Shown: piece by piece, positions 12,103 to 25,230 of the stretch
Position numbering within the stretch: position 1 is the first letter of the stretch
How the letters are laid out: every line of letters starts with the position of its first letter
Assembly (NCBI GenBank): GCA_963713605.1
Contig: CAVQMO010000005.1
Span: 192,001-256,000, forward strand
Direction of reading: 5' to 3'
DNA length: 64,000 bases
Source of the DNA: an uncultured Nitrososphaerales archaeon
GTDB lineage: Archaea > Thermoproteota > Nitrososphaeria > Nitrososphaerales > Nitrososphaeraceae
Made by a program: the position numbers and the translations under genes
Notes under the pieces: model-generated
Told to the model about the DNA's origin: nothing
Database searches by the model: none
The model's input: the letters and a program-made list of their open reading frames with translations, nothing else

Positions 12103-13163
12103 ATGCAAATTTCAAAAAACTGAAGCTCAGCATAATTTCCATCGGAGTGATAGTATTGATTGCAAGCGCATTATTACTGTTCTATACACAAGATTACATT
12201 ACGTTAAATTCAGAAACCACTCAAGAGAGCAGACCCATAAGAATAGCGTGCTCTGAGCCTTGGGTAGGTTACGTCCCAATAGTATTGGCCGTGGATAAAT
12301 TCTTCAAGGAAAATGACGTTACGGTGGAACTGATTCAACCTGAGAATCAAACTATAACAGAAGAGTTATTTCTTAATGGTTCAGTCGATGGGTTATGTAG
12401 CATATTTACAACGACCATCTTCCAGAATTCAGAAGGAGTAAATTCTAGAATAGTATGGGTGTTAGACTACTCGAGTACGGGTGATGTTATCCTTGGTTCG
12501 AAGAATATGACAGTAGAAGGTTTGAAGGGTAAAAAAATTGGGGTTGAAGGACTAAATACATATTCTCACATTTTTGTATTACAAACCTTGGCTAAAGCTG
12601 GATTATATGAAAAGGATGTCCAATTTGCAAATATCGCCACTCAGGAGATGGTAAAGGCGTTAGACACTAAACGAATTGACGCAGGTCATACGTATGGACC
12701 AGCAAAAATTGCTGGTATTCGGAGCGGGTATGATATTATAGCAACTGCCAAAGACGCACCTGCGATTATTGCAGACGTTCTCATTTTCAATTCCAAAGTA
12801 GTTGAAACAAGGCCAGAAGCTGTCGAAGCTGTGGTAAAGTCGATTAATCAAGGAAAGGAATACTTTGATCATAATAGGGAGAACGCATATGTGCTTCTTT
12901 CAGATTTTTTCAATATGACTACGGAGGAAGTGCAAGATGGGTTTGAGGGGATACAGGTTCTTGGGTTAGAAGATAATATTAAAGCTATGAACAGATCGAG
13001 CTCAAATGTAGGCAACTTTACAACAATGTATGAATCAGGTGATATTATAGCCAATTACTTACTAGAGAGAGGCCAAATACGACAAGTACCGGATTTCGAT
13101 GAGATGATTGATCCGAGATTCATTTATGCAATATCTAAAAACGAAAAAATCCGTGATGGTTAA
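12103..13163 (+). CDS. NitT/TauT (NMT1/SsuA-like) ABC substrate-binding protein
   Basis: PWVGY.P...A....F, D.S..GD.I, LKGKKIG.E, IDAG.TY.P, I.DVL; probable ATG at 12103 with a 1-nt deletion in an A run (ORF track starts at 12147). Confidence 0.85.
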
Positions 13164-13170
13164 CTGATTT

Positions 13171-15062
13171 ATGCAGATTCGATCGAGACTCTTCATTATC
13201 ATGATATCTCTTGTTACGGCAGCTATTGTTGTTCCTTCTATTATAGCACTGAATACTTTCACAAGGAGTTTGGAAACGGAAATAACTGAAGAACTTAAGA
13301 TAAGCGCCCTTAACGCTATGGATAAATTGTCAAGACTCATGTTCGAGCGACTTGCAGACCTGAGATTTCTCACCTACTCAAGTAACACTATAGGTACTAA
13401 TCCGGACGATATAATCGCTTTAAGAGAAAAGGTGGAGTATCTAAGGCAAATAGAAAAATCAAATAAGGCATATGCCTCCATCTCAATATACAACGCAAGT
13501 GGAATTAAGATTGGTGATACGCGAAGTATCGACATTGGTGCTAACGATTCGGGCGAGCCTTATTATAGGAATGCCATTAATGGTGGTTACTATCACGATA
13601 GTGTTCCAACCTATTCTAGGAGTTTGGGCCAACACGTAATTCATTTCTCTGGGCCTCTTTACAACGCTAGTAACAAACAGATAGAAGGAGTCCTAGTACT
13701 AAAGTTTCCTCTCAACAAAATAAATGAGATTATGGTTGAGGCAGGCGGAACGATATCAAGTGATGCAAATATAGAACTAGTTTCTGATGACGGCCTTCTC
13801 ATCTATTCAAACAATGATCCAAACGCTGTTTTACAAGAAAAGGTAACAGGCCTGAAGATAATCGACAAACTTCAGAATTCGACCAATAGGGTAGAGTCTG
13901 AAATAGAAGCTGGTGATAATGGTGATGGTGAGGTTATGGATACTATCTACATCGGCAGCAATGAACCGGGATTCCTGGATTACACGGGAAACAACTGGTC
14001 ACTAATCCTTGGAGTAAGCACCGGAGATGCATTTAAGAGCGTTTCTTCGCTTAGAACCCAGTTTATTATTGTGGCAGTTATTATATTGTCCATTTCTTCT
14101 TGCCTAGTTTTCCTATTTGCAAGGAGCATTTCTAGACCGATAATAAAGCTGAGAGATGTTACGAATGATGTAAGTAAGGGCAACCTTGAGACCAAGGTGG
14201 ATATACAAAAAAGTGGCGGTGATGAACTAGTACAATTGTCATCAAGCCTCGAAAACATGCGAAAGACCATTTTAGCTGAGAACCGAAGAGGTCCTACGAG
14301 TAAATGAAGAGTCTCAAATTAAAAGATAGGTTGAAAGACGAATTCATCAATGTGGCTGCTCACGAATTGCGCACACCTATACAACCAATATTGGGACTAT
14401 GTGAAGTTCTTCGTTCAAAAATAAGAAAAGATAATACTGGGAGTCCCAAAAGCGACGAAGAAGATCTGTTAGATATTATAGTTAAGAATGCAAAGAGATT
14501 GCGTGGAGTTGCTCAGCAGATATTGGATGTAACTCGAATCGAGAGCAGGGCATTTGACTTGAATCTGGAAACTTTCGATCTCGTCGCGTTATTATCTAAT
14601 ATTGTGACAGATACTAGAGAGCGAATTAGTAAACTTGAACGAAATATAAGTATTACAATTGAGTTTGAAGGGAAATTTGCAAGCGACACTAGCACAATCC
14701 TTGTAAACGCTGATAAGGATAAAATTACTCAAGTAATTTCTAATTTATTAGGAAATTCTATTAAGTTCACGAAGAATGGAAGTATATCAGTCAAAGTCAA
14801 CACTTATGAGGAAGGCGATGAAGCGATAATACGCATTAAAGATACTGGTCAGGGTATCGATCCAAGTATAGTGCCTCATTTATTTACGAAGTTCAGCTCC
14901 AAATCCTTCGAGGGGATTGGATTAGGATTGTTTATTGCAAAAAACATTGTTCAAGCTCATGGAGGACGGATATGGGCTGAAAATAATCCTGATGGTAAGG
15001 GGGCAAAGTTTTTCTTTACCTTACGGATATCCACATCTCAGTCCTTAACAAGAAGCAACTAA
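13171..15062 (+). CDS. membrane sensor histidine kinase (TM-dCache-TM-HAMP-HisKA-HATPase), indels at ~14275-14314
   Basis: ISRPI.KL....V.KGNL HAMP, EFINVAAHELRTP H-box, QVISNLLGNSIKF N-box, DTGQGI, GIGLGL; linker RTEEVLRVNEELKLKD is restored by fixing two indels. Confidence 0.9.
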
Positions 15063-15462
15063 CTTAACAGTGTACGAGGCAAAAATCTGTAAATCCTACC
15101 TAATTAGCATTGGTTTCAAATTCCCTATAATCCAATTAGTCACTATTTGCAAGAGGATCCTCAGCTTTCGGCGTGTTACTTTCATGATTTCTAAGGAGAT
15201 AGAGCTATTAAACGCTCAGATGATTCGTATCTCCTACAACTCGCATCAACAGTCTGATCCTCTGCACAATCCACGATAATATTTGATCCTACAAGAATCT
15301 TCCATCAAATCTACTCCACTAACACGTTCTTATGCTTACTTCAATCGTGATAGGTCTGATATTTTGTTCCTCGCAATTACATATAAGAGGTAATCTGAGG
15401 TAAGCTATTACCCCACCACCCCAGTGCCCTCAAGAAGTCCATATGTAAAACAAAATACCGTA

Positions 15463-16053
15463 CTATTGGATTTCTTTGAGTTTTTCATCAATATAACCCT
15501 TGAAGTCGGCGTGGTTGAAAATGGAGAAACACTTCACTTTATTCTTTACAGAATTGTAAGGAACCTCTCTATCTATAACAAGGACAACTCCAGCTGTTGA
15601 GTAACCTTCACTTCTTACTGCCTCTATTGCATGTATCACGCTATTGCCCTTAGTCATCACATCGTCCACGATCACAACAGGATCATTGAGATACCCTTCC
15701 ACTTTTTTTCCGCTTCCATGTGTCTTAGCTTCTCTTCTAACTATGAACTGCCTAATTCCTTCTGAACTGCTTCTACTAACACTACTTATTATAATTGCAG
15801 TTGATACCGGAATAGCGCCCATCTCTAACCCACCAACTGATTTTGCACTAAATTCTCTAGCAATGATGTCATATAACAATTCGCCGATCAGCATGGCTCC
15901 GACTGGATCAGCCAAAACCATTTTTAAGTCATAGTAATAATTACTCTTCTCGCCACTCGATAGAACTATCGGCTGACTAGATACAACTATCCCATTTCTT
16001 TTGATAATTTCCATCAGCTCTTTTTTTTTCAGTTGATTTTCAATAAGGTTCAA
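15463..16053 (-). CDS. pyrE: orotate phosphoribosyltransferase
   Basis: LSSG.KS.YYYD, GGLEMGAIP, VRREAK.HG, VIVDDVMTKGNS PRPP motif, VIDRE. Confidence 0.85.
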   Translation of the reverse strand: MNLIENQLKKKELMEIIKRNGIVVSSQPIVLSSGEKSNYYYDLKMVLADPVGAMLIGELLYDIIAREFSAKSVGGLEMGAIPVSTAIIISSVSRSSSEGIRQFIVRREAKTHGSGKKVEGYLNDPVVIVDDVMTKGNSVIHAIEAVRSEGYSTAGVVLVIDREVPYNSVKNKVKCFSIFNHADFKGYIDEKLKEIQ

Positions 16054-16362
16054 CCGATGGGTTCTCAGATAACGAACACGGACCTTTCTTTATAAGTGTA
16101 GTGGTTTGAAATTCATTCACCTTTTTTCGCAGCGAAATACAATTTTCAATAGAATTCTTTCTGGATTGGCCACGCTTAGCGAGATGTCAATCCTGTTTAT
16201 GAAGCATAAATCTGAAGCTCTTGGACCGAAAAATATTACCACAATCCTGAATCGAAGCATCTGATCTACTTAAATTACCCGAGACAGGCAGCCTAATGGA
16301 TTTTCTAGTGCAACGCAGCGGCTAGTTTAGTGGTCACAGAACTACAGTACTTTGAGCAAAAA

Positions 16363-16788
16363 CTATTGTAATTCTGCCTGAATCCTTTTCACCAATTCCT
16401 CAGTATCAATGGGTTTCTTAATGAAGCAATCAATTTCAATTTGAGGGAACAATTCTCGTAAGGATCGGTAGTATACCTCGAATGCCGTAATAAAGCATAC
16501 CTTGACTTTCTTGTCCAACTTCTCCAATTCTTCATATAATTGAAACCCGTTCATTTTTGGCATCTTGATATCAAGGAGAAGTAGATTATAGACACCCACT
16601 TTGAAATTAGTCAATGCTTCACCAGGATCATTAAACGCATCGACCCCGTACCCCTTACCTTCTAAGCCCATTTTAAGCGATAAAGTCACATCTGGTTCAT
16701 CATCCACTAAAAGGATTCTTTTACTTTTTGTAGAGGCGTTTGCAGACAATGCAGATGAAGAGGGTAAAGAAGAGGTATCCTCCTGCAT
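16363..16788 (-). CDS. stand-alone response regulator receiver protein
   Basis: ILLVDDE, LLDIKMPKMNG, FITA, FIKKP. Confidence 0.92.
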   Translation of the reverse strand: MQEDTSSLPSSSALSANASTKSKRILLVDDEPDVTLSLKMGLEGKGYGVDAFNDPGEALTNFKVGVYNLLLLDIKMPKMNGFQLYEELEKLDKKVKVCFITAFEVYYRSLRELFPQIEIDCFIKKPIDTEELVKRIQAELQ

Positions 16789-17082
16789 ATTTTACGTCAG
16801 TATTAATACAGTTGTTAGCCCAGGATAAATAAGTTTATGTGGGTTCAGGAAATAAAATTGACAAGAACAAAACAGTCTACGAAGATCCGTTACACGGCGA
16901 TAAATTTCAGTGCGACGACACTAAACATTAAATTTATGCTCATGGACATTAAATAGACCACCCTGAAAAAAGAATTTGGTCTGGTTGAGAGTATTTTGCC
17001 CATTTCCTGTTTTTTCTTCTCCTCATATCTGCTTTTCCAGTTCTCAAGGATCGAGACTAAATGTTTCGAACTAAATTAGTCT

Positions 17083-17680
17083 TTAACTCTTCTCTGACTG
17101 AGTTTCTCTCCCTAGAACCAGTATCAAATTGATACCAGTCGCAGGAAATTTTCTCACTCCAAGTAGTAGTTCATTCACTAGTTCTTCTAAAGGTCTATCT
17201 TTAAATCTTGTGCCAATCTCTAGTAGCCATGACTTTGCTTTCTCAAAACCTTCAGCCTTCTCGAGGACTTTGCGAAGGTGTGTTTGATTAGTAACTAATG
17301 GAAGAAGAGCATACAGGGTACTCACTAATATATCGACTACCTTGAACGGTAATAGAGTACGACTCGTATTCTGTACCTTGATAAAAGGGAATACCTCTTT
17401 GGAGCAAAGATGCTTGTTCCAACTCATGTAATCTTGCAGACACATCAGCTAGCCTCCTTGAAACAGGCTTTGCTGAAATTGGCAAGACATAAGGGATGTC
17501 TCCAATAAGAATTTTAATAGAATCGGGAAAAACAGTCCCACTTGATCGATTTGAAAATCGAGTTTGAAGCTGATTATCTGCATGCTGATGCTCCGTGCGA
17601 AAGAATCTCTCCTCTGATGCAAGGTATATGAGAATAGCCAATTGAAAATCTGAGTACTTTGATGCCTGATAAGTTGTCAA
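17083..17680 (-). CDS. hypothetical protein, possible winged-helix N-domain; indel at ~17316
   Basis: Two overlapping ORFs join as ...YSITVQGSRYISEYLYALLPLVTN... after removing an extra base at GGGTAC 17316-17321; V.ARL.ELE...LL...Y.IT..G resembles wHTH. Confidence 0.5.
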
Positions 17681-18798
17681 TAATACCTACCCTTCCTTCA
17701 CTCATATCATATTGAGGAACTTTATCTTATACGTGTCGATCCTCAATGAATCAAAAAATGAACATAATGTACGGTTCTCTCGAGAGATAAAATGGATGCC
17801 AAAACCGAATTTACTGCATACAGTATAAACATTTGAATTCTTTAAAAAGGATCCCAAATATAAGAGGCTTTTTTCGTCGTACTGTTTGCTGTACCCATTT
17901 CGGGAGCGGTCGTGTTTCCCGCCCCAGTTCTAGGACAAGAGGAACTCCCAAAGGTGGTGAGATGACAAAAATACAGCCTCCAGTTCAGGGACCACTCCCT
18001 GGAGACGATACTTATCAAGCAGCAAATTGTATTGCCTTGTAACCTATACCGTAAACGCTGTCTGCTGAAGAATTGGACAACGTTGAACTGGAAGAGGACG
18101 AACATGAAGAAAGGGCCTAACGGCGACTAAACCTGAGACGCACAAATAGACATTATTCTGGCTTTCCATGAGAGTTGTCTGGTGATATTTTTCTGTGAAA
18201 TGCCGTAGCCCTCAAGAATAAAGAATGGGGTTGTTAATCCTGAAACTTGTGATAGTGTATTTTCAGTTAGTGACGATGATTCTAACTTCCTGAATTACTT
18301 TCAAAAAAAAACTTTTATTTAGAATTAGATTATTATAAAATACAAGATTGAGTGAACGCCGAGATCTTTCCAAGGGACAAAAGGAGTATATCGAGGCGGG
18401 AAGCGGAGCTGGTATGGCGACGTCTTCTAGAGCTGTCTGCGAATACTGTGATGAAGGAAGACATAACGAATGTAATACAGAATCACAGTGCTATTGTGCA
18501 AAGAACGGACACAGGATGCTTTAAGAAGACGATTTTTATTGCAAACTTGGTGACCGTTTGGCAACAATACTTACCACGAAACTTTCGACCGATGAAGGAG
18601 GAGAGAAGTCTTCCTATAACACTATGAATCACATCTTCCTAGTCGTTATCAGATAATGTGGTTGTACCGCCATTTTGGTAGTTGTTTTGAATTAATAACA
18701 TGGATAGATGGGAAGCTGCTAGCAGAAATGAAAAATAGATTTTGAGTGCCTATTCTCCAATGTTTATATACGGGAATTAGTCGAAGGGCATCGTATAA

Positions 18799-19403
18799 TT
18801 GCCCTTGACAGATAAGATTAGAACATGTAATTTCGTTCGGCGACGCAATTTTCGCTTTCGCAATAACTTTCATGGCCATTTCAATTCAGATACCGAACCT
18901 CCCAGAAAATCTTACTCAAACACAGCCTCTTTGAAAGGTTAATAGAGCTACGCTCCCCTTTTGAGATTTATGCGCTTAGTTTTTTTATCATAGGGATTTA
19001 CTGGATTGCATACCATCAAATTTTAGGCCACATCGCGCGATCCCATGGAACCATGATCTGGCTAAATCTCTGTTTTTTATTCTTCATTACTTTGATATCT
19101 TTCGCAGTTGACCTCCAAGTCGATTATGGATTTTATCCAATTGTTTTTTCGATTTATGCTATAGTTCTGATTTTTGCAGGTTCATTGTTGGCCATAATTT
19201 GGCTCCACGTAAACAAGAATGTATTAATTGACAGTACTCTCATCCTATCTGCAATTCAGAATGTTACTCTACAAACCATCCTTACTCCAATCGTGTTTTC
19301 AATATTGATCTTGATTTCGCTTGTTAATATTCAGATTGCTTATTACTTTTGGTTAATCATAATACCAGCAAAAATAATCGTTAATAAGAAATGTCCCTAT
19401 TAG
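18799..19403 (+). CDS. TMEM175/DUF1211 family (putative K+ channel), indel at ~18926
   Basis: RLEHVISFGDAIFAFAITFMAISIQIP, YALSFFIIGIYWIAYH, IWLNL.FLFFITLI.F; break at AGCCT 18924-18928; start approximate. Confidence 0.85.
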
Positions 19404-19641
19404 GCATCTTCCGCCTAAAGATTTATTTCCATTTTGTTATTGGAAGTATTTTATCACAAATGGCTAACTGCATCTGGCAGCGAACTAGTATTCCTCTTGA
19501 TTTGCACCTTGATTGATCTGAGATACATTCTCACCTACAATCATACCGAGCTACAGCGGTGGTTGAGAGGAGCGATTAGTATCATGAACGAAATCAAATA
19601 TTGTTTTATAGAACCAAAGAATAAATGTAGAAAGAACCTTA

Positions 19642-20262
19642 ATGGATACTAACTTTCCATTTCTTAGCCCAATAGTTCAAATCTCCGATATGTTAGACCT
19701 TACATGTAGGCAATGTCTTAGTTCGATAGCACTTCAGTATGGTCAGACCATAAACCAATCCAGTCCTTCAAGTATCCTTGATTGGATATTGACATTTGCT
19801 GACATAGCAGGTGTCGCCGCGATTGGTTTGGTTATAGCAGTTGTATATTTCCAGAGCAGACAGAGGAAATTTACCGGGTTAATGGAAATCTTCAAGCTGC
19901 TTAATGGTAAGGAACAACGTGAAGCCAGAGCAATGCTGTTTGAAGCATATCGAAAATATAAAGAAACCGGCAATGATTCCATTTTTGAGAATGAATTTTA
20001 TAAGGAGTATGTAAATAGGACTATCTCAGATTTTAATGAAGTAGGTGCTCTCCTGAAGAAGGGCCTTGTATCAACTAACCTGTTTCTTGATGTATATTGG
20101 AATATTACGCTCCGCTCGTGGAATGCTTCGAGAATTATCGTTCAGAAAAGGAGGATTTCCAGAAACTATGATGAATACATGATAAATTTCGAGGTGCTTG
20201 CAAATGATGCGGAGAAGTACAAAAATAGACACTTTCCTAGCGCCTCTGTAGAGCCATTCTGA
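19642..20262 (+). CDS. membrane-anchored hypothetical protein (DUF4760-like)
   Basis: TM segment then REAR..L, F.EVG.L.KKG......F...Y, W......I...R....Y..NFE.LA. Confidence 0.6.
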   Translation: MDTNFPFLSPIVQISDMLDLTCRQCLSSIALQYGQTINQSSPSSILDWILTFADIAGVAAIGLVIAVVYFQSRQRKFTGLMEIFKLLNGKEQREARAMLFEAYRKYKETGNDSIFENEFYKEYVNRTISDFNEVGALLKKGLVSTNLFLDVYWNITLRSWNASRIIVQKRRISRNYDEYMINFEVLANDAEKYKNRHFPSASVEPF

Positions 20263-20706
20263 TCTCCAGGACAGACTTCATTCTATTAGCGGGACATGAA
20301 ATCACGGGCTCAATACGGGTCGGGATATATCCTTACATTAAATCGTGCTTCACGGTAAGGACATGACTAGAAAGTTAGATAATGTAGTTCAGAATTCATC
20401 TTGCAATTTACCAAGAATTGTGAGCCTTTGAAGTCATAAAATGCATATTAATTTTGTAAAGACGTCGTATAAGATGGTCAGATTGACCCTAAGTTGGTTG
20501 GGGGACTAATTTGAAATAATGAGTAGTAGAGTAGATCAATTCGGAGGAATTCAATGCTTTTACTAGTAACACTGTTGTTGTGTGTTGCTCGTTGAGTGTC
20601 CTATTGTTCTTCTTAATTGAGATGGAATTTTAAAGAGTTGATCAAATAAGCATTCTGACGACTTGACAAAAAGAAGAAAAAAAGTATGTTTTTTTGGGTC
20701 TCTTTA

Positions 20707-21522
20707 CTACCTTCCTATACACAGACCACTTGGATTACTTGTCTGACAGCTGTTGTCCACATATTGATTTGCGTTGATGTTTGTTGGTAGTCCGTTTGCA
20801 TTGTTAAGGTCAATTACATTCTCAAGTACGTTATTTGCTGATATTGTATTCTGTTTGCTCTGTCCATCTAGAAATACTCCATTCTGACTTCCAACTACAT
20901 TGTTCATTCCTACACTGGACTGTTGTGTGTTGACAAATGTTATTCCTGCTAGCAAGTTGCCATTCATAAGGTTTGAGTCTATAGCACCACCTGTACTTGA
21001 GTGAGATGCTACACCTATACTATTACCCTGTATGATGTTTTGTTTTACTTGTGCATTTTCACTCCTGTCATAAATGTACCTATCTGGTTGTTAGATAGTA
21101 TGACAGAATTAATCGTAAATCCATTTGCTCCAGTAAGAAGTACTCCTGCTTGGAAGTTGCTGAGTGAACCAGGTCCATTTACTACTACATTATCAACATT
21201 TGGTACCATAATCCCAACTTTAGAGTCTGTCCTGTCCAGGTCCTGTGATTGAGAATCCATTCATGTTAATTACTGTGTTTGGACCACCTACTATGATACC
21301 ATCTCCACTATTGCAGTTAAGATTTGCAGTTAGATTTACTACTCCGCTTACCACTTGTCCACATGCTGCGTTTGTTGATGCTCCTGGAGGAGTCCCACCA
21401 CCTTGTTGTGCAGTCGCGGGTGTTGCTGTACCTATTGTCAGTGTGCTCAATGTGATTAGCGTGACCAATACCGATGCCGCTATCATGGATGATATACTAC
21501 TACGTTTGCCTTCTAGTTCCAT
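20707..21522 (-). CDS. secreted beta-helix protein, copy 2; indels at 21224-21228 and 21061
   Basis: Core nearly identical to copies 1 and 3; at 21061 ACT stands where the other copies have AGCT. Confidence 0.85.
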
Positions 21523-21550
21523 TTCTTAATCAACCAGAATCAAAGAATCT

Positions 21551-21581
21551 GTATTATATATACGGATGCATGCACAGTACT
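21551..21581 (-). promoter_or_regulatory. TATA-containing promoter of beta-helix copy 2
   Basis: AGTAC-N8-CATCCGTATATATAATAC ending 29 nt before ATG. Confidence 0.65.
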
Positions 21582-22084
21582 AAATCTATGATTGATTGCA
21601 TTCGATTATAAATATTCATTCAAGTTATTGACGATAAGGCTTTACTAGAAAAATAATATATTTTACTGTAACAATGTTATCATATGGGACCACTTATATA
21701 CTGTGTAGGAAATAAATTATACTTCGAATTTCGGGTGGACTTTCTGCTACCTCAATATCAATATAACTACTTCCTCAAAAGTAAAGTACACGAATTATCT
21801 GCTTATCTTAGATATTCGAATAAATTGAAAGTTCAAAATATTGCCTCATTGCAAATAGTTACACAGACTATTATGAAATTAATGCTTTCTGTAGTAAGAA
21901 TCAATTAATGAAACCGATTCTACAGTTTAGGAACTAAAAATATGCAGAGATGAAATGCGGCTCTATGTCGAACAAATTGTGAGTTTGTAGTCTTAGTTTT
22001 TTCGTTATCGTATTTGCAATAAATTTCTCTATAAGCTTGAGCCAAAGCTCTTTAGCGCAGATTGATGTAGTTGACTCAATTGGC

Positions 22085-22561
22085 TCAAGCGTCAGACTCG
22101 TCCTTCGATGACCAGAAAGTGCCTCCAGACAGCTTCCAAGCTTTGTAGTCAAAGAGAATCTTCTTGTGATCAAAAGCTAAACTACGGTTATCGAGAGCTT
22201 CTAAATTGATCCATTCTATCTCTGCTGCATCGTCCTGAGCTGACGCCTGCACCGGTTCGGTTTCGTTATCGATAGGAATCATTGCCACAAATACTGTCGA
22301 CACTAGATGTCCCCTTGGATCCCTTTCTGGATCAGAATAAACCCCAAGAATTTCCCTTAAGCCAACACTTAAAGACGTTTCTTCATTTGCCTCTCGTTTC
22401 GCAGCGTCTTCAATTCTTTCTCCGTCGTTTACGAATCCACCTGGAAGCGCCAAGTACCCTTTATAGGGTTCATTCTTTCTTCTTATCATTAGAATCCTTG
22501 AATTCTGTTCAATGATGACGTCAACAGTCGGAATAGGATTCTTGTATTGCTTTGAAGACAT
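22085..22561 (-). CDS. Nudix hydrolase (ADP-ribose pyrophosphatase/MutT-like)
   Basis: Nudix box GGFVNDGERIEDAAKREANEETSL, RDPRGH, DDA, LAFDH. Confidence 0.92.
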   Translation of the reverse strand: MSSKQYKNPIPTVDVIIEQNSRILMIRRKNEPYKGYLALPGGFVNDGERIEDAAKREANEETSLSVGLREILGVYSDPERDPRGHLVSTVFVAMIPIDNETEPVQASAQDDAAEIEWINLEALDNRSLAFDHKKILFDYKAWKLSGGTFWSSKDESDA

Positions 22562-23177
22562 GCAGATCGAATTATGAAATGCGCTTTAAATAATCTAACT
22601 AATTAACTCGTAGTCAGATCCACACGGCGTTTGGATCGGGTTAAAAGAAATATTCTAGCTGGCCAGATATTGGCGCCCAAATCTATACTGAAGTTTCTCT
22701 GGTTTGAGAAGCTGATCATTTTTGTCCAAGTCTCCAAATCTAAATTGTCTCCACTCTTCTGCACTAGCAAATTATACCTTGCCTAAGGACTCTACAATGT
22801 CCTCACGTCCTTAATCAGCTAATTGGGAATAAGAGAATGAGCTCACAAGAATATTGATAGCTTGGTTGAATAAGACAAAATTAAGGTTGGAATAATTCCC
22901 TTCAAATAAAACTTTCCAATGATAAGGTTCGGAAGTCAATGGGGGGGGGAAATAATCTATGAAATAGCACTATTTTTTATTGAGGAATTTGTGGTCCATT
23001 GATATCCTACCCTTTATTTTGATATTAAAGATGCACGTGGATCATCAATATGAATTGCCTATTTGACGGAAGGCTGACAACCTTGCTACTTTCGATGTGG
23101 TCAGGGCAGGAATGGACGCAACCCTGCTTTCACCTTCCGTTATTGGTAACAATACAACAGCTTAAATCTTTGGGTTA

Positions 23178-23969
23178 ATGGATAGTATCATGGACAATCC
23201 AGTGTATAATCATAGAAATCTGATTATCGATCAATTCACCAAGCAAGCTGTGCCATTCGCTAAAAAATCTAGCCAATACATTGGGGAAGTGTTTGAGAAA
23301 ATCCAGACTCTGGTTCACGCTACTAAAAATGATATCGTATTAGATGTAGCCTCTGGGACGGGCTCACTAACTGTTGAGTTCGCTAAGATATGTAGGCAAG
23401 TAACCGGAATTGATATAACCCCAGCAATGATTGAACAAGCCAAAATCCTGCAGAAAATGAACTCGTTAGATAACATAACTTGGGATATGGGGGATATAAC
23501 ACAGAAATTGCCCTATCCATCAAATTCATTTTCTATCGTCGTTACCAAGTATAGTTTTCATCATTTGCTGGATCCCCTTTCAGTCCTCATCGAAATGAAT
23601 CGAGTTTGTTCTACCACCGGAAAAATTGTAGTTGTGGATCCAACCCCTCCTCCTGAGAAAGCAATTCAGTATAATCAAGTAGAACGTCTTCGGGATCCCT
23701 CACATGTAAAATCGCTAACAATTTCCGAACTTGAGCATCTATTTCAAAAAGCGGGAATACCAATTCTAAAGCGAGGGTTTTATAGGATGAAAATTGGACT
23801 TGAAGATCAACTCCAAACTTCGTTTCCTGATCCTGCAAATATCGAAAAGATTCGCCAATTGTTTATTGAAGATACAAAGAATGACGTACTTGGACTAGAT
23901 AGTCGTTTTGAAGGAAACAAAATTTATTTTTCATATCCTAATTCCATTTTTATAGGCCAAAAGCCATAA
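23178..23969 (+). CDS. class I SAM-dependent methyltransferase (UbiE-like)
   Basis: VLDVASGTG, GIDIT..MI..A, LPYP..SF.IV, SFHH, RDPSH. Confidence 0.9.
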   Translation: MDSIMDNPVYNHRNLIIDQFTKQAVPFAKKSSQYIGEVFEKIQTLVHATKNDIVLDVASGTGSLTVEFAKICRQVTGIDITPAMIEQAKILQKMNSLDNITWDMGDITQKLPYPSNSFSIVVTKYSFHHLLDPLSVLIEMNRVCSTTGKIVVVDPTPPPEKAIQYNQVERLRDPSHVKSLTISELEHLFQKAGIPILKRGFYRMKIGLEDQLQTSFPDPANIEKIRQLFIEDTKNDVLGLDSRFEGNKIYFSYPNSIFIGQKP

Positions 23970-24372
23970 TACTTATTGTGCACCAATACTTCTAGTATAG
24001 ACAGAATTCAAAATTCTTAGGGCCTAATCCAATACCAGGTTGAGTAAGGGGAATACTTTGGTGAGAGGTTGAACTGATTTAAGGTAGTCCCCAAAGTACA
24101 CATTATGGGTTTTCACAATCTATGCTTTAATTGTGGGGCATAGTATGAGGGAGTGCAATGATTTCACGCCCACATCAGCCGTTCAACGCTGACACGTCAT
24201 ATTGACGCCATACTTGAATTGCTCTACGCGGCACATTAATGGACGTCCGAAAAAATTTAGCTCACGTTACCTCCCACTACTCTTTCTATTCAAGGAGGTT
24301 GTGATGGTGGAGATGCTAATTGAAAGCCTCTCATGCTGTCGTTTTTTCTTATTGTTCGGTGGATCGAACCTT

Positions 24373-24868
24373 TTAATGGCTCTTTAGGGTACTGGGTGTA
24401 TCTGGGTGGCAGGTACGATATCTTTTCTGGTTTAATTTTTAAGATTATTCTAGTTACTTTGGGAGAGTGAGCGGGATATTTGTCAGTATTAAGGTATTTT
24501 CTTGCGAGCTTATCAATATGCTCGTCAGCTCTACTCTTTGATTGTTCGATCACTTTCCCCTTGATGGTAACCATACTATAAGGGTTATCCTTTCCGTCAA
24601 TCATTGATATTGATACCCGAGGATCTCTTGACACATTTTTTTGCTTCAACCTTCCGACTGCTGTATTGATTAGGATGAACCCCTGCTCTTCATCGATATC
24701 TATCCAAGTCGGGGTCACCTGGGGTGAGCCATCCTTGTTAATAGTAGATATGAACGCAAAATTCCTGTCTGCAAAGAATTTAAGGATTGGCTCGCTGAAT
24801 ATATCATGTGAGTTTACCGCTGTCAATGCCGATCTTTGTTGTGTTGCCTCACCATATATTTCTTGCAC
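24373..24868 (-). CDS. PPOX-class (F420/FMN-binding split-barrel) oxidoreductase
   Basis: STINKDGSPQVTPTW, NTA.GR.K.KN..RDPRVS, HIDKLA.KYL; probable end YTQYLKSH* at 24373 after removing an extra base at GGGTAC 24387-24392. Confidence 0.88.
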
Positions 24869-25230
24869 ATTCTCTCGAGAATCAAAAATATCGGTTTACG
24901 AGAATTGTGATTAAAATTTAGAATGTAACTTTCGTAGAATATTAAATAAGGACAATTTCCAAATCAACTTTCCGATGATTATTAGCCAGTATTGTGCTCA
25001 ATGACCCAATAAGTATCTACAGATATTAGATTCTTGAAATAACTTGCTAAAAACTAGACTTTATCCTCAACTCAGCATTTTTACTTTACTAACGGTCCCT
25101 ATCGTTAACTAAGTTAAGCATGCCATAAATAATCGGTCCCCTAAAATGACGGTAGAAATTACACAAGAGGAAATAATGTTTAATGAAAATATCAAATTTT
25201 CTAAGTAGAAAACAGAACTTGAACGGTGAC

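Noticed and set aside
17833..18120. Possible small secreted protein gene
   Set aside because: Needs several frame changes and has no recognisable family; too uncertain to call.
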